Source of the DNA: the human T2T-CHM13v2.0 reference genome, Homo sapiens | DNA: 64,000 bases | Assembly: GCF_009914755.1 (NCBI RefSeq) | Contig: NC_060936.1 | Direction: 5' to 3' (one strand) | Shown: in pieces, positions 39,280 to 53,569 of the stretch | Numbering within the stretch: the stretch's first letter is position 1 | How the letters are laid out: each line of letters begins with the position of its first letter | Translations under genes and position numbers: made by a program | Notes under the pieces: generated by a model | Databases searched by the model: none | What the model was told of the DNA's origin: nothing | The model's input: the letters and a program-made list of their open reading frames with translations, nothing else

Positions 39280-39900
39280 ACAGAGTGTTCTTTAGATAGC
39301 ATAAAGCCTGGAAAAAATAAAACATAAAAAATGAATGGGAGCTTTTTAAGTAGAAGTCCAGATAAAGAAGATGGATTGGAAGGGTGGTTAAGGCAGCCAG
39401 GAGCCACAGGGTGGCCCAACACTCAAAGTGCAAGTAGATGATCATTGGAACAGACAACGTAAGCAAGGCAAGGGTGAGAGATGAGATTGGAAAGGTCCAT
39501 AAATTAGATTGTAAATGAATGTGAATATCCTTCTAGGAAATTTTGATCTTATCTGGAAGCTATGGGGAACCTGTGAATGATATTTAGCCCAAAATGAACA
39601 TGATCATGAATTTGGAAAGTAAATGGTAGAGGCAATGTGGGAATGTAAGCAAGCCTAGAGGCAGGAAAATGAGTTAAGAGTCTTTTTAGTATACCAGAAA
39701 AATGATAATAACAGACAATATGTATGGTGTCCCTAGGGATGAAAAGAATTAGAGTAATTTAAAAGATATCAAGAAAATAGAATCAACAGTATGTGTTAAC
39801 TGTGGGCTGTGAGAAAGCAGTAGAAATCATATTGATGGCTTGGACAACAAGATGCATGATAAGGATGTCCACCTATCTGGGGAAGATGGGAGATTTTGAG
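39280..39900 (-). mobile_element. L2 fragment
   Basis: gagatgagattggaaagg...ttttgatcttatctggaagctatggggaacc...agaatcaacag. Confidence 0.6.
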
Positions 39901-40501
39901 ACAGAAGATGGGCCAGATTTGGTTCCAGTTTTAGATTCTGGATCATTCTGTTGGGGATGTGAGCCCACTATCACTTTCTCCTGGGTTTCTACTCTACGTT
40001 CCTATTGAACCTCTGCCAGTGGTTTTGAGGGCCTACTTCTTACAAACAGAAAAATGATCTATGTCTTCCTTTGGCTTGTGTTGTGCCATCTTCTGCCAAG
40101 TAATCTGTGATCATGTGCAGACCACTTTCATTAATTTAAGTTCACTTATATGGCTTCTTAGCAAATTAACAAAATAATTATATTGGAACATAATGAAGTT
40201 GTAGTGGGAAACTGCATACAGACTCAATATTTAATGAAGGAGCAGGCACAAATGAAAGTTTAGGATGTAACAGAATGATACCACTGAAACTATTATAACA
40301 GAATGACATTAATACACCTGTAAGAGGTGTATATGACAATATGACAATTAGGACAATTGACAAAAAGTTTCATTGACTGCTTCAATATTGTAGTTGTACA
40401 ACAAAAATCTGTGAATGATCGGAAAGTGTCAGATCAATGATGACAGAACTTGTCAGTTTCAACCTACTGTTCCGTGTATTGAATTGAATAGGTTTTCATC
40501 A

Positions 40502-40590
40502 TTGCAATTGTATTGCAATAATTTATTGCAATACAATTGCAACAAATTATTTTATTTGCAAATAATTCCATGTATTATTTGCAAATAAAA
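40502..40590. repeat. Two adjacent perfect inverted repeats (20-bp arms/1-nt centre; 17-bp arms/7-nt loop)
   Basis: ttgcaattgtattgcaataa-t-ttattgcaatacaattgcaa (40502-40542); ttttatttgcaaataat-tccatgt-attatttgcaaataaaa (40550-40590). Confidence 0.97.
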
Positions 40591-42809
40591 AACTTTTTAA
40601 ACATGAAATTGGACTTCTTCTAGTATTAAAGGCTTATTGTTAGTGTTTATTATTACCTACTAATCGCTAGAACTCTGCTAAATGTAGTATGGAAATTAAG
40701 CAAAGGAGTAGATGGGATCCTTGTCCCCAAGAAACGTATATATCTTTTAGAAGAATTGAGGTTAACAAGCATAGGAAACCATTAGCACTACAAAAAAAAA
40801 AAATTCAATTATCTGTGTTGACAAAAGACCTTATGTATATGAAGAACTCATTAAATGCTAGCTAAATCTACTTTTATTATGACAATTCTGGAAAGCAAAA
40901 TATTATTTACTTTATGGACGTTCCACAGTGACTTGAAAAAGATAAATCTGTGAATTATTACTTGGACGTTTCTAAAAGTAAAGACTGTGCTGTTTAGCTA
41001 ACCAAAGTACAAAAAAAAAAGGCAAATCTACTAATTGATGATTGTTACACTTACAGCATGCAACTTTTGTGTACTTAAAGAAAATCCTGTAATAAATGAG
41101 AGGGTGTTCTTAAGCCAAAATGATCTTAATTGGAGTTTGGAGGCCTTTGAAAATCTGCCTCTATAAACAGTCCCTGGAACAATGACTTCCTGCAGAAGGA
41201 AAAGATAGATATTTTAGAAGTCTAGGAGAGCCTGGCTAGCATGCTAGTCTCTGCTTTGCAGAGCAAATCCCTTGAATGCCTTTAAAAAGATTGATTTTTT
41301 ATGTAAAGGCACATTTAATCATAGCTTTGAATGTTTCAAAAGTGTCTGTGAGGGTTTTGCCTCTCAGTGGATTGGAAATCTATTAGTGTATAGCCAAGAG
41401 GTCACGGAATAGCAGAAATAAGACTTTTCAAGTATTCTGATGCAAAATTTGATGGGACATACTAAAGCACTGTATTTCTAAAAGCATAGCACTGAAGCTT
41501 CTCCAACAGAAATAAGACTAAATACATTCTCATGAGCACATTGCTGCTGTCAGCGTTTCTCCATGTTGTATTAAAATGTTAACCAACCTTGCAGACCTTT
41601 CAAGAAACCTGTGAATTTATAAAAAATACCCCCATAATGTCACTGTCTATAATATTCAAAAATTCTGGATTCTTCTGAACCCACTATAAAATATAAAGTA
41701 TATGCTTTGTTGCCTATTATTTAGTTAAGTTGTATTTATTTACATTTATGGTATATTGATAAGCAGTGTTCATAGTGATGTCCTACCAGCCTACATGGCA
41801 AAGTAATTCCTATTGTATCTTCTCGTATTTAGTTTGCTACTGATAATTTTTAAGTGTTCCCCCTCTTTTTAGTTTGATCCCATTTCCATCAGTTCATTCT
41901 GCCACTACAGTGAACTCTTTTAAATGAAAACCAAATCACGTCACCTCCTGCTTAAAATCCTTCAAACATCACTGTCACCATCAGCAAGAAATCCAATACC
42001 AGAACCTGTAAACTTATCAGGGAAAATTCCCTGAACAAGCAGGCAACGTTTGTACTCCATTCTACCTCACTGTCCTCCATCCTTGTCCCCAACAGAGAAG
42101 GTCCAGCCATCAAATAGGGATAGCAGTTGGCAATGACAGTTTCTAAGTACATTTGGTTTTACCAAGAGTCCAGTTCAAGATGATTGGTATTATAAACTCA
42201 TCCAATAATTAAAATTTTGCCCTATTTGTTACCCTTAGATATCATATAACTAGAATATAGTTATCATTTCTTTTTTAATTTATTAATTTTATAGATATAT
42301 ACCATGCATAAATATTTATGAAGTAGATGAGATTTTGATACAGGCATACAATGTACAAAAATCACATAAAAGTAAATGGGGTTGCCATCACCTCAAGCAG
42401 TCATCATTTCCTTGTGTTACAAACATTCCAATAGTACTCCCTCAGTTACTCTAAAATATACAACAAATTCTTGCTGACTGTAGTCACCCTGTTGTGCTAT
42501 CAAGTACTAGAAGTACTAGGTCTTATTCACTCATTCTAACTATATTTCTCTACTCATAAACCATCTTCATTTTCTAATAATCCCCCAACCTGTACTACCC
42601 TTCCCAGCCTCTGGTAACCACTAATCTATATCTCCATGAGCTCAGTTGTTTTAATTTTTAGCTCCCACAAGTGAATGAAAGCATGCAGAGTTTGTCTTTC
42701 TGTGCCTGGCTTATTTCACTTAAGATAATGTCCTCTATTTCTATTCAAAACTTGCAAATGATCTCGTTCTTTTTTATGACTGAATAGTACTCCATTGTGT
42801 ATATGTACG

Positions 42810-43140
42810 TGTATTAGTCCATTTTCACACTGCTGATAAAGACATACCCAAGACTGGGCAATTTGCAAAAGAAAGGTGGTTAATGGACTCACAGTTTCAC
42901 ATGGCTGGGGAGGCCTCACAATCATGGTGGCAGACAAGAGAAGAGAGCTTGTGCAGGGAAACTCCCCTTTATAAAGCCATCAGATCTCTTCAGACTTACT
43001 CACTGTCATGAGAACAGCAGGGGAAAGACCTGCCACCATGATTCAATTATCTCCCACTGGGTCCCTCCAACAACACGTGGGAATTGGGGGAGCTACAATT
43101 CAAGATGAGATTTGGGTAGAGACACAGCCAAACCATATCA
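42810..43140 (-). mobile_element. THE1B-like MaLR solo LTR
   Basis: tgtattagtccattttcacactgctgataaagacataccc...gacacagccaaaccatatca. Confidence 0.93.
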
Positions 43141-43152
43141 TATCACATTTTA

Positions 43153-43373
43153 TTTTTTTTAACATTGATAATTTTTATTATTATAGTATTTATGAACAAA
43201 TGACAATTCTGAATATAAAAATAAATGAGCCAATTCTCATCCTTTAGTCTTTTGCAGTGTCCTCAGGTCTCCACTCAAATTTTTCTTATAAGTCAGGCAC
43301 AGAATTTGAGAGTTTTTAAGAAGCACTAAAAGTCATAGTGCCTTAGGATTCCTACATTTTATCTTGCTAACCC
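43153..43373 (-). other. L1 3' transduction (non-L1 DNA plus a second poly(A))
   Basis: Non-L1 sequence between the L1PA5 tail and a second T-tract; minus-strand AATAAA at 43174-43179; enclosed by TSD tcacattttattt / ccacattttcttt. Confidence 0.85.
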
Positions 43374-43639
43374 TTTTCTTTTTTTTTTTCCTTTTCTTTT
43401 TTTCAAATTATACTTTAAGTTCTAGGGTACATGTGCACAATGTGCAGGTTTGTTACATAGGTATACATGTGCCATGTTGGTTTGCTGCACCCATTAACTC
43501 GTCATTTACATTAGGTATTTCTCCTAAGGCTATCCCTCTCCCTGCACCCTACCCCGTGACAGGCCCTGGGGTGTGATGTTCCCTGCCCTGTGTCCAAGTG
43601 TTCTCATTGTTCAGTTCCCACCTATGAGTGTGAACATGC
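43374..43639 (-). mobile_element. L1PA5-like 3' end (5'-truncated)
   Basis: attatactttaagttctagggtacatgtgcacaa...ccctgtgtccaagtgttctcattgttca; T-tract 43374-43403. Confidence 0.93.
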
Positions 43640-46183
43640 ATCACACCACATTTTCTTTATTCATTCCTGTGTTGATGGATACTTAGGTTGCTTTCAAATT
43701 TTGGCTATTGTGAATAGTGCTCCAATAAACACTGGAGTGCAGATATCTCTTCAGTATACTGATTTTCATTCTTTTGAGTATATACCAGCAGTGGGATTAA
43801 TGGATCATATGTTAGTTCTATCTTTAGATTTTTTAGGAACCTCCATACTGTTCTCCATTGTAGCTGTACTATTTTATCATCCCACCAAGAGTGTACAAGT
43901 GTTCTTTTTTCTCTATGTCATTGCCAGCATTCAATAATGCTTGTCTTTTTGATAAAAATCATTTTAACTGGAATGAGATGATATTTCATTGTACTTTTCA
44001 TTTGCATTTCTCTGATGATGAATGATGTTGAGCACCTTTTCATAGGCCTGTTTTCCATTTGTATGTCTTCTTTTGAGGAATATCTATTCGGATCTTTTGC
44101 CCCCTTTTAAATCAGATTAGTTTTTTTTCCTATAGAGTTGTTAGAGCTCCTTATATATTGTGCTTATTAATCCCTTGTCAGATGTGTAGTTTGAAAATAT
44201 TTTTTCCCATTCTGTGAGTTGTCTCTTCACTTTATTGATTGTTTCTTTTGCTGTACAGAAGCTTTTTAACTTGATGCGATCCCATTTGTCCATTTTTACT
44301 TTGGTTGCCGGTTCTTTTGGGATATTGCTCAAGAAATATTTGTCCATGCCAATGTCCTGGAGAGTTTCCCCCATGTCGTTTTGTAGTAATTTCATAGTTT
44401 GAGGTCTTAGATTTAAGTATTTAATCTATTTTTATTTGATTTTTGCATACAGCAAGAGATAGAAGTCTTGTTTTATTCCTCTGCATATGGATATCCAGTT
44501 TTCCCAGCACCATTTATTGGAGAGACTGTCTTTTCCCTATTGTATGTTCTTGGTGCCCTGGTTGGAAATGAGTTCACTGTAGATGTATTGATTTATTTCT
44601 GGACTCTCTATTCTGTTGCATTGGTCTTTGTGTCTGTTTCTATGCCAGTACCATGCTGTTTTGGTTACTATAACTCTGTATTGTAATTTGAAGTCAGGTA
44701 ATGTGATTCCTCCAGTTTTGTTCTTTTTTCTCAGGATAACTTTGGCTAGTCTGGATCTTTTGCGGTTCCATATAAAAATTAGGAGTATTTGTTTTCTGTT
44801 TCTGTGAAGAATGTCATTGGTATTTTGATAGAGATTGCATTGAATCTGTAGATTGCTTTGATTAGTATGGGTATTTTAACAATATTGATTCTTCCAATCT
44901 ATGAACATGGAATATCTTTCCATTTTTTGTGTTGTCCTCAATTTCTTGCATCAATATTTAATGGTTTCATTGTAGAGATCTTTCACTTATTTGGTTAAAT
45001 TTATTCATAAGTATTTAATTTGTAGCTATTGTAAATGGAATTGCTTTCTTGATTTCTTTTTCAGATTGTTCTCTGTTGGCATACAGAAGTGCTACTGAAT
45101 TTTGTATGTTGATTTTGTATCCTGCAGCTATATTGAACTTGCTTACTGGTTAAAATAGGTTTTGCTTTTGTTTTTTTTGTTGTTGTTGTTGGTTTGTTTT
45201 GGTGGAGACTTCAGGTTTTTCCAAAAAAAAAAAAAATCATATAATCTGCAAATGAGAATAATTTGACTTCTTCATTTACAATTCAGATGCCTTTTATTTC
45301 TTTCTTATGTCTGATTGCTCTACCTAGGACTTCCAGTATTATGTTGCATAACAGTAGTGAACAACAAACTTGTCATGTCTCAGATATTTGAAGAAAGGTT
45401 TTCAGTTTTTCCCCAGTGTGATACTAGCTGTGAGTCTGTTGTATATGGCTTTTATTGTGTTGAGGTATGTTTCATCTATACTCAGTTTTTTCAGGTTTTT
45501 ATCATGAAAAGATGTTGAATTTTATCAAATGCTTTATCAGTATCAATCGAAATGATCATATAATTTTACTCCTTCAGTTTGTTGATGCGATATATCATAT
45601 TGATTGATTTGCATATGTTGAACCATCTTTGCATCCCTGGGATGAATCCCAGTTGGTCATGATGAATGATCTTTTTAATGTGTTGTTATATTTAGTTTGC
45701 ACATATTTTCTTGACAATATTTGTATGAATATTTATCAGAGATATTGGCCCGCAGTTTCTTTATTGGATGTGTCTTTGTTTGGTTTTGGCATTAGGGTGA
45801 TAGTGGCTTCAGCGAATTAGTTTAGAAGTATTCCCTCCCCTTCCGTTTTTGGGAATAGTTTAAGTAGAATTGTTAATAGTTTTTCTTTAAATGTTTGGTA
45901 AAATTCAGCAGTGAAGCCATCAAGTTACAGGCTTTTCTTTGCTGGGACACTTTGTATTATAGCTTTGATGTCATTACTTGTTATTGGTCTCTTCAGGTTT
46001 TGCATTGCTTCATGGGTTCAATCTTGGTTGTATTCTAGGAATTTATCTATTTGTTCTAGGTTTTCCAATTTATTGGCATACAGTTGTTTATATTAGTTTC
46101 CATTTTCATTTGTTTCATATGATTCTTTGATTTTCTGTGGTATCAATTGTAATGTTACCTTTTTCATCTCTGATTTGGAGTCA

Positions 46184-46554
<371 letters not shown>

Positions 46555-48447
46555 AAAACACTTCTTTTTATTCCCTTGATCTTTTATGTATATATCTTTG
46601 TTGTTTCAATTTTGTTTATTTCTGCTCTGATCTTTATTATGTCTCTTCTATTAATTTTGGGTTTGGTCTGCTCTTGCTTTTCTAGTTAAGATGCATAATT
46701 GTTTATTTGAAGTTTTTCTATGTTTTGATGTAGGGACTTATTGCTATTAACTTTCCTCTTAGTACTGCTTTTGCTGTATCCCAGAGGTTTTGGTATGTTG
46801 CATTTCCATTTTCCTTTGTTTCAAGCATTTTTTTAAATTTCCTTCTTAATTTCTTCATTGACCCATTGGTCATTAATAAGCATATTGTTTAATACCTATG
46901 TATTTGTATCATTTCCAAAGTTCCTGCTATTAATTTCTATTTTTATTCCATTGTGGTCAAAGAAGATACTTGATGTCAATTTTTTATTATTTTTAAAGAC
47001 TTATTTTGTGGTCTAACATATGGTCTACCCTTCAGAATGATCCCTGTGCTGAGAAGAGTAGTATGTATTCTACAGCCATTGGATTAAATATTCTGTAAAT
47101 ATTTATGAGGTCCATTTGGTCTGTAGTGCAGATTAGGTCTAATGTTTCTCTGTTGATTTTCTACCTGGATGATTTATCCAATACTGAAAGTGGGGTGTTG
47201 AAGTCTCCAACTATTATTATATGGGGACCTATCTCTCCCTTTGGCTCTAATAATATCTGCTTCATATATATGAGTGCTACAGTATTGGGTGTATATATAT
47301 TTATAATTGTCACATCCTTTTGCTAAATTGAACCCTTGTCATTATATAATGACTTTGTCTTTTTATAGTTTTTGTCTTGAAATCTATTGTATCTAACTAT
47401 TCATGCTCTTTTATAGTTTCCATTTTCACAAAATATCTATTTTCATCCCTTTATTTTCAGTCTATGTATATCTTTACAGGTAAAGTATGTTTTGTGTAGG
47501 CAACAGATCATTAGGTCTTGTTTTTTAACCCATTCAGCTACTCAATGTCTTTTGATTGGAGAGTTTAGTTTATTTCCAGTCAATGTTGTTATTGATAGAT
47601 AAGGACTTACTACTGCCATTTTTAATTTGTTTTGTGGTTGTTTTGTGGATTTCTCTTTTTTACTTCCTTTCTTCCTGTTTTCTTTTTGTGAAAGTGATTT
47701 CCTTTGTGTATTTTAATTTCTTGCTCTATATTTTTGTGTGTGTCTCTTGTAGGCTTTGATTTGAGGTTACCGTGAGGCTTGCAAATAACATAATCCATTA
47801 TTTTAAACTGATGACAACTTAACTCTGCAAAAACAAGAAAAGTAAAAACTAATAAAACTTGACACTTTATAATCCCTCTTTTAAACATTTTGCTGTTTCT
47901 ATTTGTATCTTATTATACGTCTATGTCTTAAAACACTGATATAGCTATTATTTTTGATGAATTCACCTTTTAGTCCTCCTACTCAAGATGTGAGTAGTTT
48001 ACACACCACAACTACTGTATTATAATATTCCTCGTCTGTGGACTTACTGTTACTAGTGAATTTTGTACCTTCAGATTATTTTTTACTACTGATTAAATCC
48101 TTTTCTTTTAGATTGAATAATTTCCTTTAGGATTTCTCATAGGACAGGTCTGGTGTTGACAAAAATCCTTCAGCTCTTGTTTGTCTGGGAATGTCTATGT
48201 TTCTCCTTCACTTTTGAAGGATATTTCCACTGGATATAATATTGAAGGATAAAAGTATTATATTTTTTTTCTTCATCACTTTAGATATATCATACCACTC
48301 TCCCCTGGCCTGTAATGTTTCCACTGAGAAATCTGTTTCCAGAAACACTGGAGCTTCTTATATGTTATTTTTTTCTCTTCCTGCTTTTAGGATTTTCTTT
48401 ATCCTTGATCTTTAGCAGTTTGATTTTTAAATGTCTTGAGGTGGGTT

Positions 48448-48478
48448 ATTTAACCCAAATGTCTTATTTGGGTTAAAT
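48448..48478. repeat. Perfect inverted repeat, 13-bp arms, 5-nt loop, inside L1MA
   Basis: atttaacccaaat-gtctt-atttgggttaaat. Confidence 0.9.
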
Positions 48479-49486
48479 TTGCTTGGTGTTTTATAATCTT
48501 AGTGTACTTGAATATTGATATCTTCCTCTACATTTGAGAAATTCTCTGTTATATCTTTGAGTAAACATTCTATCCCTATCTTTTTCTCTACTTCCTCTTT
48601 AGGGCTCATAACTCTTAGATCTGCCCTCTTGAGACTATTTTCTAGATTCTGATGGCAGGCTTTATTATTTTTTTCTTTTGACTTCTCTGTGTATTTTCAA
48701 ATAGGCTGTCTTTGAGCTCACCAATTCTTTCTTCTGCTTGATCAATTCTGCTATTGAGAGACTCTTATGCATTCTTCAGATTGTCAGTTGAATTTTTCAG
48801 CTCTAGAATTTCTGCTTGATTCTTTTTAATCATTTCAATCTCTTTGTTAAGTTTATTTGATAGGATTCTGAATTCTTTGTATTATGTTGGATTCTATTGG
48901 GCTTCTCCCTCAAAACAGCCATTTTGAAATATCTGTCTGAAAGCTCACATATCTCTATTACTCCAGAATTGATCACTGTTGCCTTATTTAGTTCACTGAT
49001 GAGGTCATGTTTTCCTGGATAGTCTTGATGCTTCTGGGTGTTCATCAATGTCTAGGCATTGACAAGTTAGGTATTTATTCTAGTCTTTGCAGTCTGGGCT
49101 TGTTTATACCTGTCTGTCTTAAGAAAACTTCGCATGTATTAAAAGGGAATTGCATTGTGACCTAAGTCTTTGGTCCCTGCAGCCATATGTGCATTAGGAG
49201 GCACCCCAATCCCAGTAATGCTGTGACTCTTGCAGACTCATAGAGGTACCACCTTAATGACTTTGGGTATGATCTGGGAGAACTCCCTGGATTACCAAGC
49301 CGAGTCCCTTGTTCTCTTTCCTTACTTCTTCCCAAGCAAATGGAGTCACACCCTCCATGCTGAACTGCTTGGAGTTGTGGGGAGGGGGATGCAATTTCTC
49401 CCATGGCTGCCACTGCTGGGACTGCACTGGGTCACACCTGAAGCCAGTATAGTACTGTGTCTTGCCTAAGGCCTGTGGAGACTATT

Positions 49487-50040
49487 TCCTGGCTACTGCT
49501 GATGTTTATTCAAGGTCCGATCACTCTTTAATAAACAGGTGATGAATCCCGGCAGCACTGAGTCTTTCTTTTCAGTGCCACAGGTTCCTTTCTGCCCCGG
49601 GATGGGTCTAGAAGTGCTGTCCAGGGGCTAGGACCTTGATTAGAGGCTTTAGGAATCTTCTTGGTGCTTTATTATACTGAGGCTGAGCTGGAACCCAGGT
49701 TGCAAGACAAAGTCCTCCCTACTTTTTTCTCTCCTTTCCATAAGTAAAAAGAGACTCTCCCCATGGCCACCACTCCAGGCTGGTGGTGGCTACTGCCTGG
49801 TTATCTCTGATGCTTATTCAGAGCCCAAAGACTCTTTAGTTAGTAGGTGGTGAATTCTGCCAGGACTGAGTTCTTCCCTTCAGGGCAGTGGGTTCCCTTT
49901 TGGCCCAGGGTGGGTCTAGCAATGTCATCCAGGAGATAGGGCCTAGTATAGGGGCTTCAGGACTCTAGTGCTTTATTTTACTATGGCTGAGCTGATATAC
50001 AAGATGCAACACAAAGTCCTCTTTCCTCTCCTCTCTCCTC
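49487..50040 (-). repeat. Two diverged ~250-300-bp monomers in the L1MA 5'UTR
   Basis: ctgatg.ttattca...ggtgatgaat/ggtggtgaat...gggtctag...gtgctttatt...ggctgagctg...caaagtcctc occurs twice. Confidence 0.8.
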
Positions 50041-51429
50041 CAGGAGCTGTGAGCTGCACTGCTTCCTGTTGGGGGGATGGAGGGTGATGTGAGCACTCCC
50101 TTGGCTGCCCCAGCTGGTGTCTTACTGGGTCACATGCAGTCCAAATCCACTGGCTGCAAGCCAAGCATAGCACCCGAACTTGTCCAGGGATTGCACTCAC
50201 TGTGGCGTGGAATGCCTTTTGTGTTTATTTAGGACCCTAGGGTACTTTAGCCCACAGTAGTGGAGCTAGCTGGAATTCGGGTTCCGATTGCTGGGATGGA
50301 TAATTCCCTTATGGCTAGGGCTAGTCTAAATGCTCCCTCCGTGGATACTTGCCAAATCTTGCTGTGTTGCTTTCCACTGTGATAGGGCAGCACTGAGTTC
50401 TAATGCAAAGTCCCACAGTCACTTTGCTCTCCCTCCCCCAAGCACACAGATTCTCTCTCCATGCCATGCCGCTACTGCTGGGGTATGGAAGAGTAGTGGT
50501 GTCAGCAATTCACAACTGTCTTAACTGTACTCTTCCGTGCGTCATTCCTTGATGTGATTTTCAAATCAGGTCCTATGATCATTCATCTGATTTTTGGTTC
50601 TAATGAAGTTTCTTTCTTGTGTGATGGTTGTTCAATTTGGTGTTCCTGCAGGCGGGGATGATCACTGGAGAGTCACATTTGTCCATTCATCTTGCTCTGA
50701 CTCCTCTCCATTTATCATTCCTATTCAAATTAAAAAAGTTAAGTTTGCTAATAGTAATATTTTTACAAAGGGCTGTTAAGATTTTAAAAAATGATAAAAA
50801 AAGCCCTAGATAAGAAGAGATCATTTCACTTACCTTTTTGTCAATGTATTCAGCCTCCATCCTATTTATCCTATCCTGGACGTTAATATGAATGCTACAA
50901 GTAGATATCTTTACCTTATTTTTCTTAATTTTTTTTATCTCCAGAACTGGCATCCCATTGTACTTTATACCTGTTCACATCTATTTTCCTCTCTGCTTAC
51001 TCCCTTTCAAAGACTTCAGGTCTCCATTCTTCCATGAATGTGTGGATTATATGTCATTACTCTCCGAAGATACTGCATCTCTTAAATTTTCTGCCACTCG
51101 AAGTCACTGAAATTCATGAAGTCAGAAAGAGTTTAATATTCTTAAGGTGGAACCTAAGGTCTTATCTTTACAGAACTTCATGCAGTCTACTTATGGCAAC
51201 TTCCTTTGTTGTTCTGAAATCACTGGCCTACCTGCCAGAGAAAGATTCAATTCTTCTTCCTCACTGATTTCAACATCTATTTCACAGGTTTTTTTTTTTT
51301 TTTATCCTGTAGTTTGGCTTTGTATTTGAGATTGTCAATTTTATTCCAATTATTTAGAATCCCAATCTGCAGTCTTCATTTCTTCTTTTTAATAAAGAAT
51401 TCCATTAGTTTTATTAGCAAGAGACTAGC

Positions 51430-51845
51430 AGGAGACTATATATTTCAACCTTCCTAGCAACTATTTTCTTTTTTTCATTTTTTCACATGTGCCATGTGAC
51501 TAAGTTCTGGCCAATGGGCTATGAACATAAGAGCTGCACTACTTTTTGCTTCCCGATCAGCTACTTGCTGTAAGCTTCCTCTTTGCTGCTTCTTGCAGAC
51601 AAATTCATGGACATGGTGATGAAATTAGAGTTTGGGCTATTTGGAGGGTAAAAACACCCTAGGGATAGTGGAGGGACAAGATACAGACAACCTGAGTTTC
51701 TGGGTTATGTTGTGGAGCTCAGCTGCTACCAACACCTGTATGAATTTAGACTGTAAAATTAGAGAGCAGTATACCTGTTTTAATGAGGGTAAATCGTGGT
51801 CTGCTTGTAAAAGCAGCTTTACCTGTGAGTTTTGCCAACCTTACA
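51430..51845 (+). mobile_element. Old MLT1 (I/J-type) LTR
   Basis: gccatgtgactaagttctggccaatgg...aacaccctagggatagtggag. Confidence 0.65.
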
Positions 51846-53569
51846 AATAATCTTGATGGCACTTCTCAAATCTCCGAGAACATATTTCCTTCATCCAAAG
51901 ATAATCTTTTTTTTTTTTCATCTTAGCCACCTACATACTATAGTAATCTCTGCAATTGAGTAAGTCAAATATCAAAATCCCTCCCTGGTTATAATTTTCT
52001 GTGCATGTTAATCATTACATACATCTTAAACTCTCTCCTCAGCACTGTAATTCTAGACTGACTTGCCTCTCTAACTGCCTGACTTCCAATTTAGAAGGGA
52101 TATTAAGAGACAGTCATGGAGGAAAAAGTAAGCAAATCCCCTAAAATAGGGAAGGAGTATTTACCAGTGACATACGTTACTGAAAAGTTAAAAAGATGAG
52201 CATGTATATCTTAAGAAGACTGTAGATGGATGTAGAAATTCAGTGGTGTGGTGTGTATGGTACTTGGATGACTATAAAGAATAAGTAAATATAAATAGTG
52301 ACTAATTCTAGAGAGTTATGAATGTAGGGGAAGAAAAAAGAAGGATAATAAATCTTATTCTATTTCATATTTCAGTCACATAATTATTTTACTCCTTTAA
52401 CTCCCTAACTTCACTTTTGCTTCCTCTGCCTCTCCCCAACACTTATTTTTATCTTATGCTCTTACCTGACTCAGAAAATTTGAATGTCCTGATGGATCAG
52501 ATCACTGCTCATTTTTTTTCCTTCTTCATGTCCACATTTTTTTCCATATATGTATAAGCACACTCTTTATTTCCTTTTGTTTTGAAGAAGCATCTCTCTC
52601 TGGTTAACGTTACAATCCACGTCTGAAACCATGATTTGTCATTGTCTACATTCTCTTAGACTTTGAGCAACTATCCTCTCTTCATCCACAGGCTAGTTAT
52701 CCTTCTGTACTGACCCTTTTCCTTTGTCTATAATAGTAAATTCATGTCTCTTCATTCTAAATGAAATTTCTTACCCTGATCTTGATTACTTTCAAGCTAC
52801 TTTCCTCTATCACCTTTCTTCAGTCACCAAATATTTTGCAGGAAGAGCTGTGAGTTTCTGCTTCTTTTTCTCTATTTTATAGTACCATGTGATCTGGCAC
52901 CTTTCTCAACATTCTCTCTCAGTAACTCATAAGTGATTTCCTAATCACCAAACGTTACAGTCTGTATAGTTTCCATCTGCCTTACTCTTCTTTTTGCATT
53001 TTTGTTCAATTTTTAAATGTCTGAGCTTAATTTATCTGTAAGTAGAAGTAATATTAACTGTAAAATTTTGGGGTGTACATAAAGAGATTAGAGTGACTCA
53101 TAACCTGAAATGTAACCACTGATGAAGTTAGGGTGAATTGGTAAGGTTTTCTTTCCAATCTCTCAAATGAGCCATTAAAAAATGTTTCCATGGTTATAAA
53201 AAAATTACTGTGGTTTTAGTGTCAAAATATATAAACTTAATCCTGTCAAGTATGTATTAAAACACTCTATTTAGTATAAAAATAAATAATAACATATATT
53301 AAGTTGCCCAGTGTTATGGAGCATTTGCCAATTGCCCTCGAATTACTACAGATATCACTGCATGCGTTCTGATGCTGTTTTAATGAGGGAATAATTTTTT
53401 TTCTATTTCCTTCAATGAAGATGCCTTTCTTTTATAAAATGCTGCTTCGTACATTTGATGCATATTAAATTATACATTGTCTATTCCTAATGTTGCTACT
53501 CTTGATGCTTTAAAATCCTATTTGCCTGTGTAAATTTGTCCATTATTTTAATTCTAACATTTTTGCCAG

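Noticed and set aside
44141-44395. ORF with clear L1 ORF2p similarity
   Set aside because: Fragment of a disrupted L1, not a functional CDS; the same applies to 21873-22082, 35170-35400 and 48830-49048.
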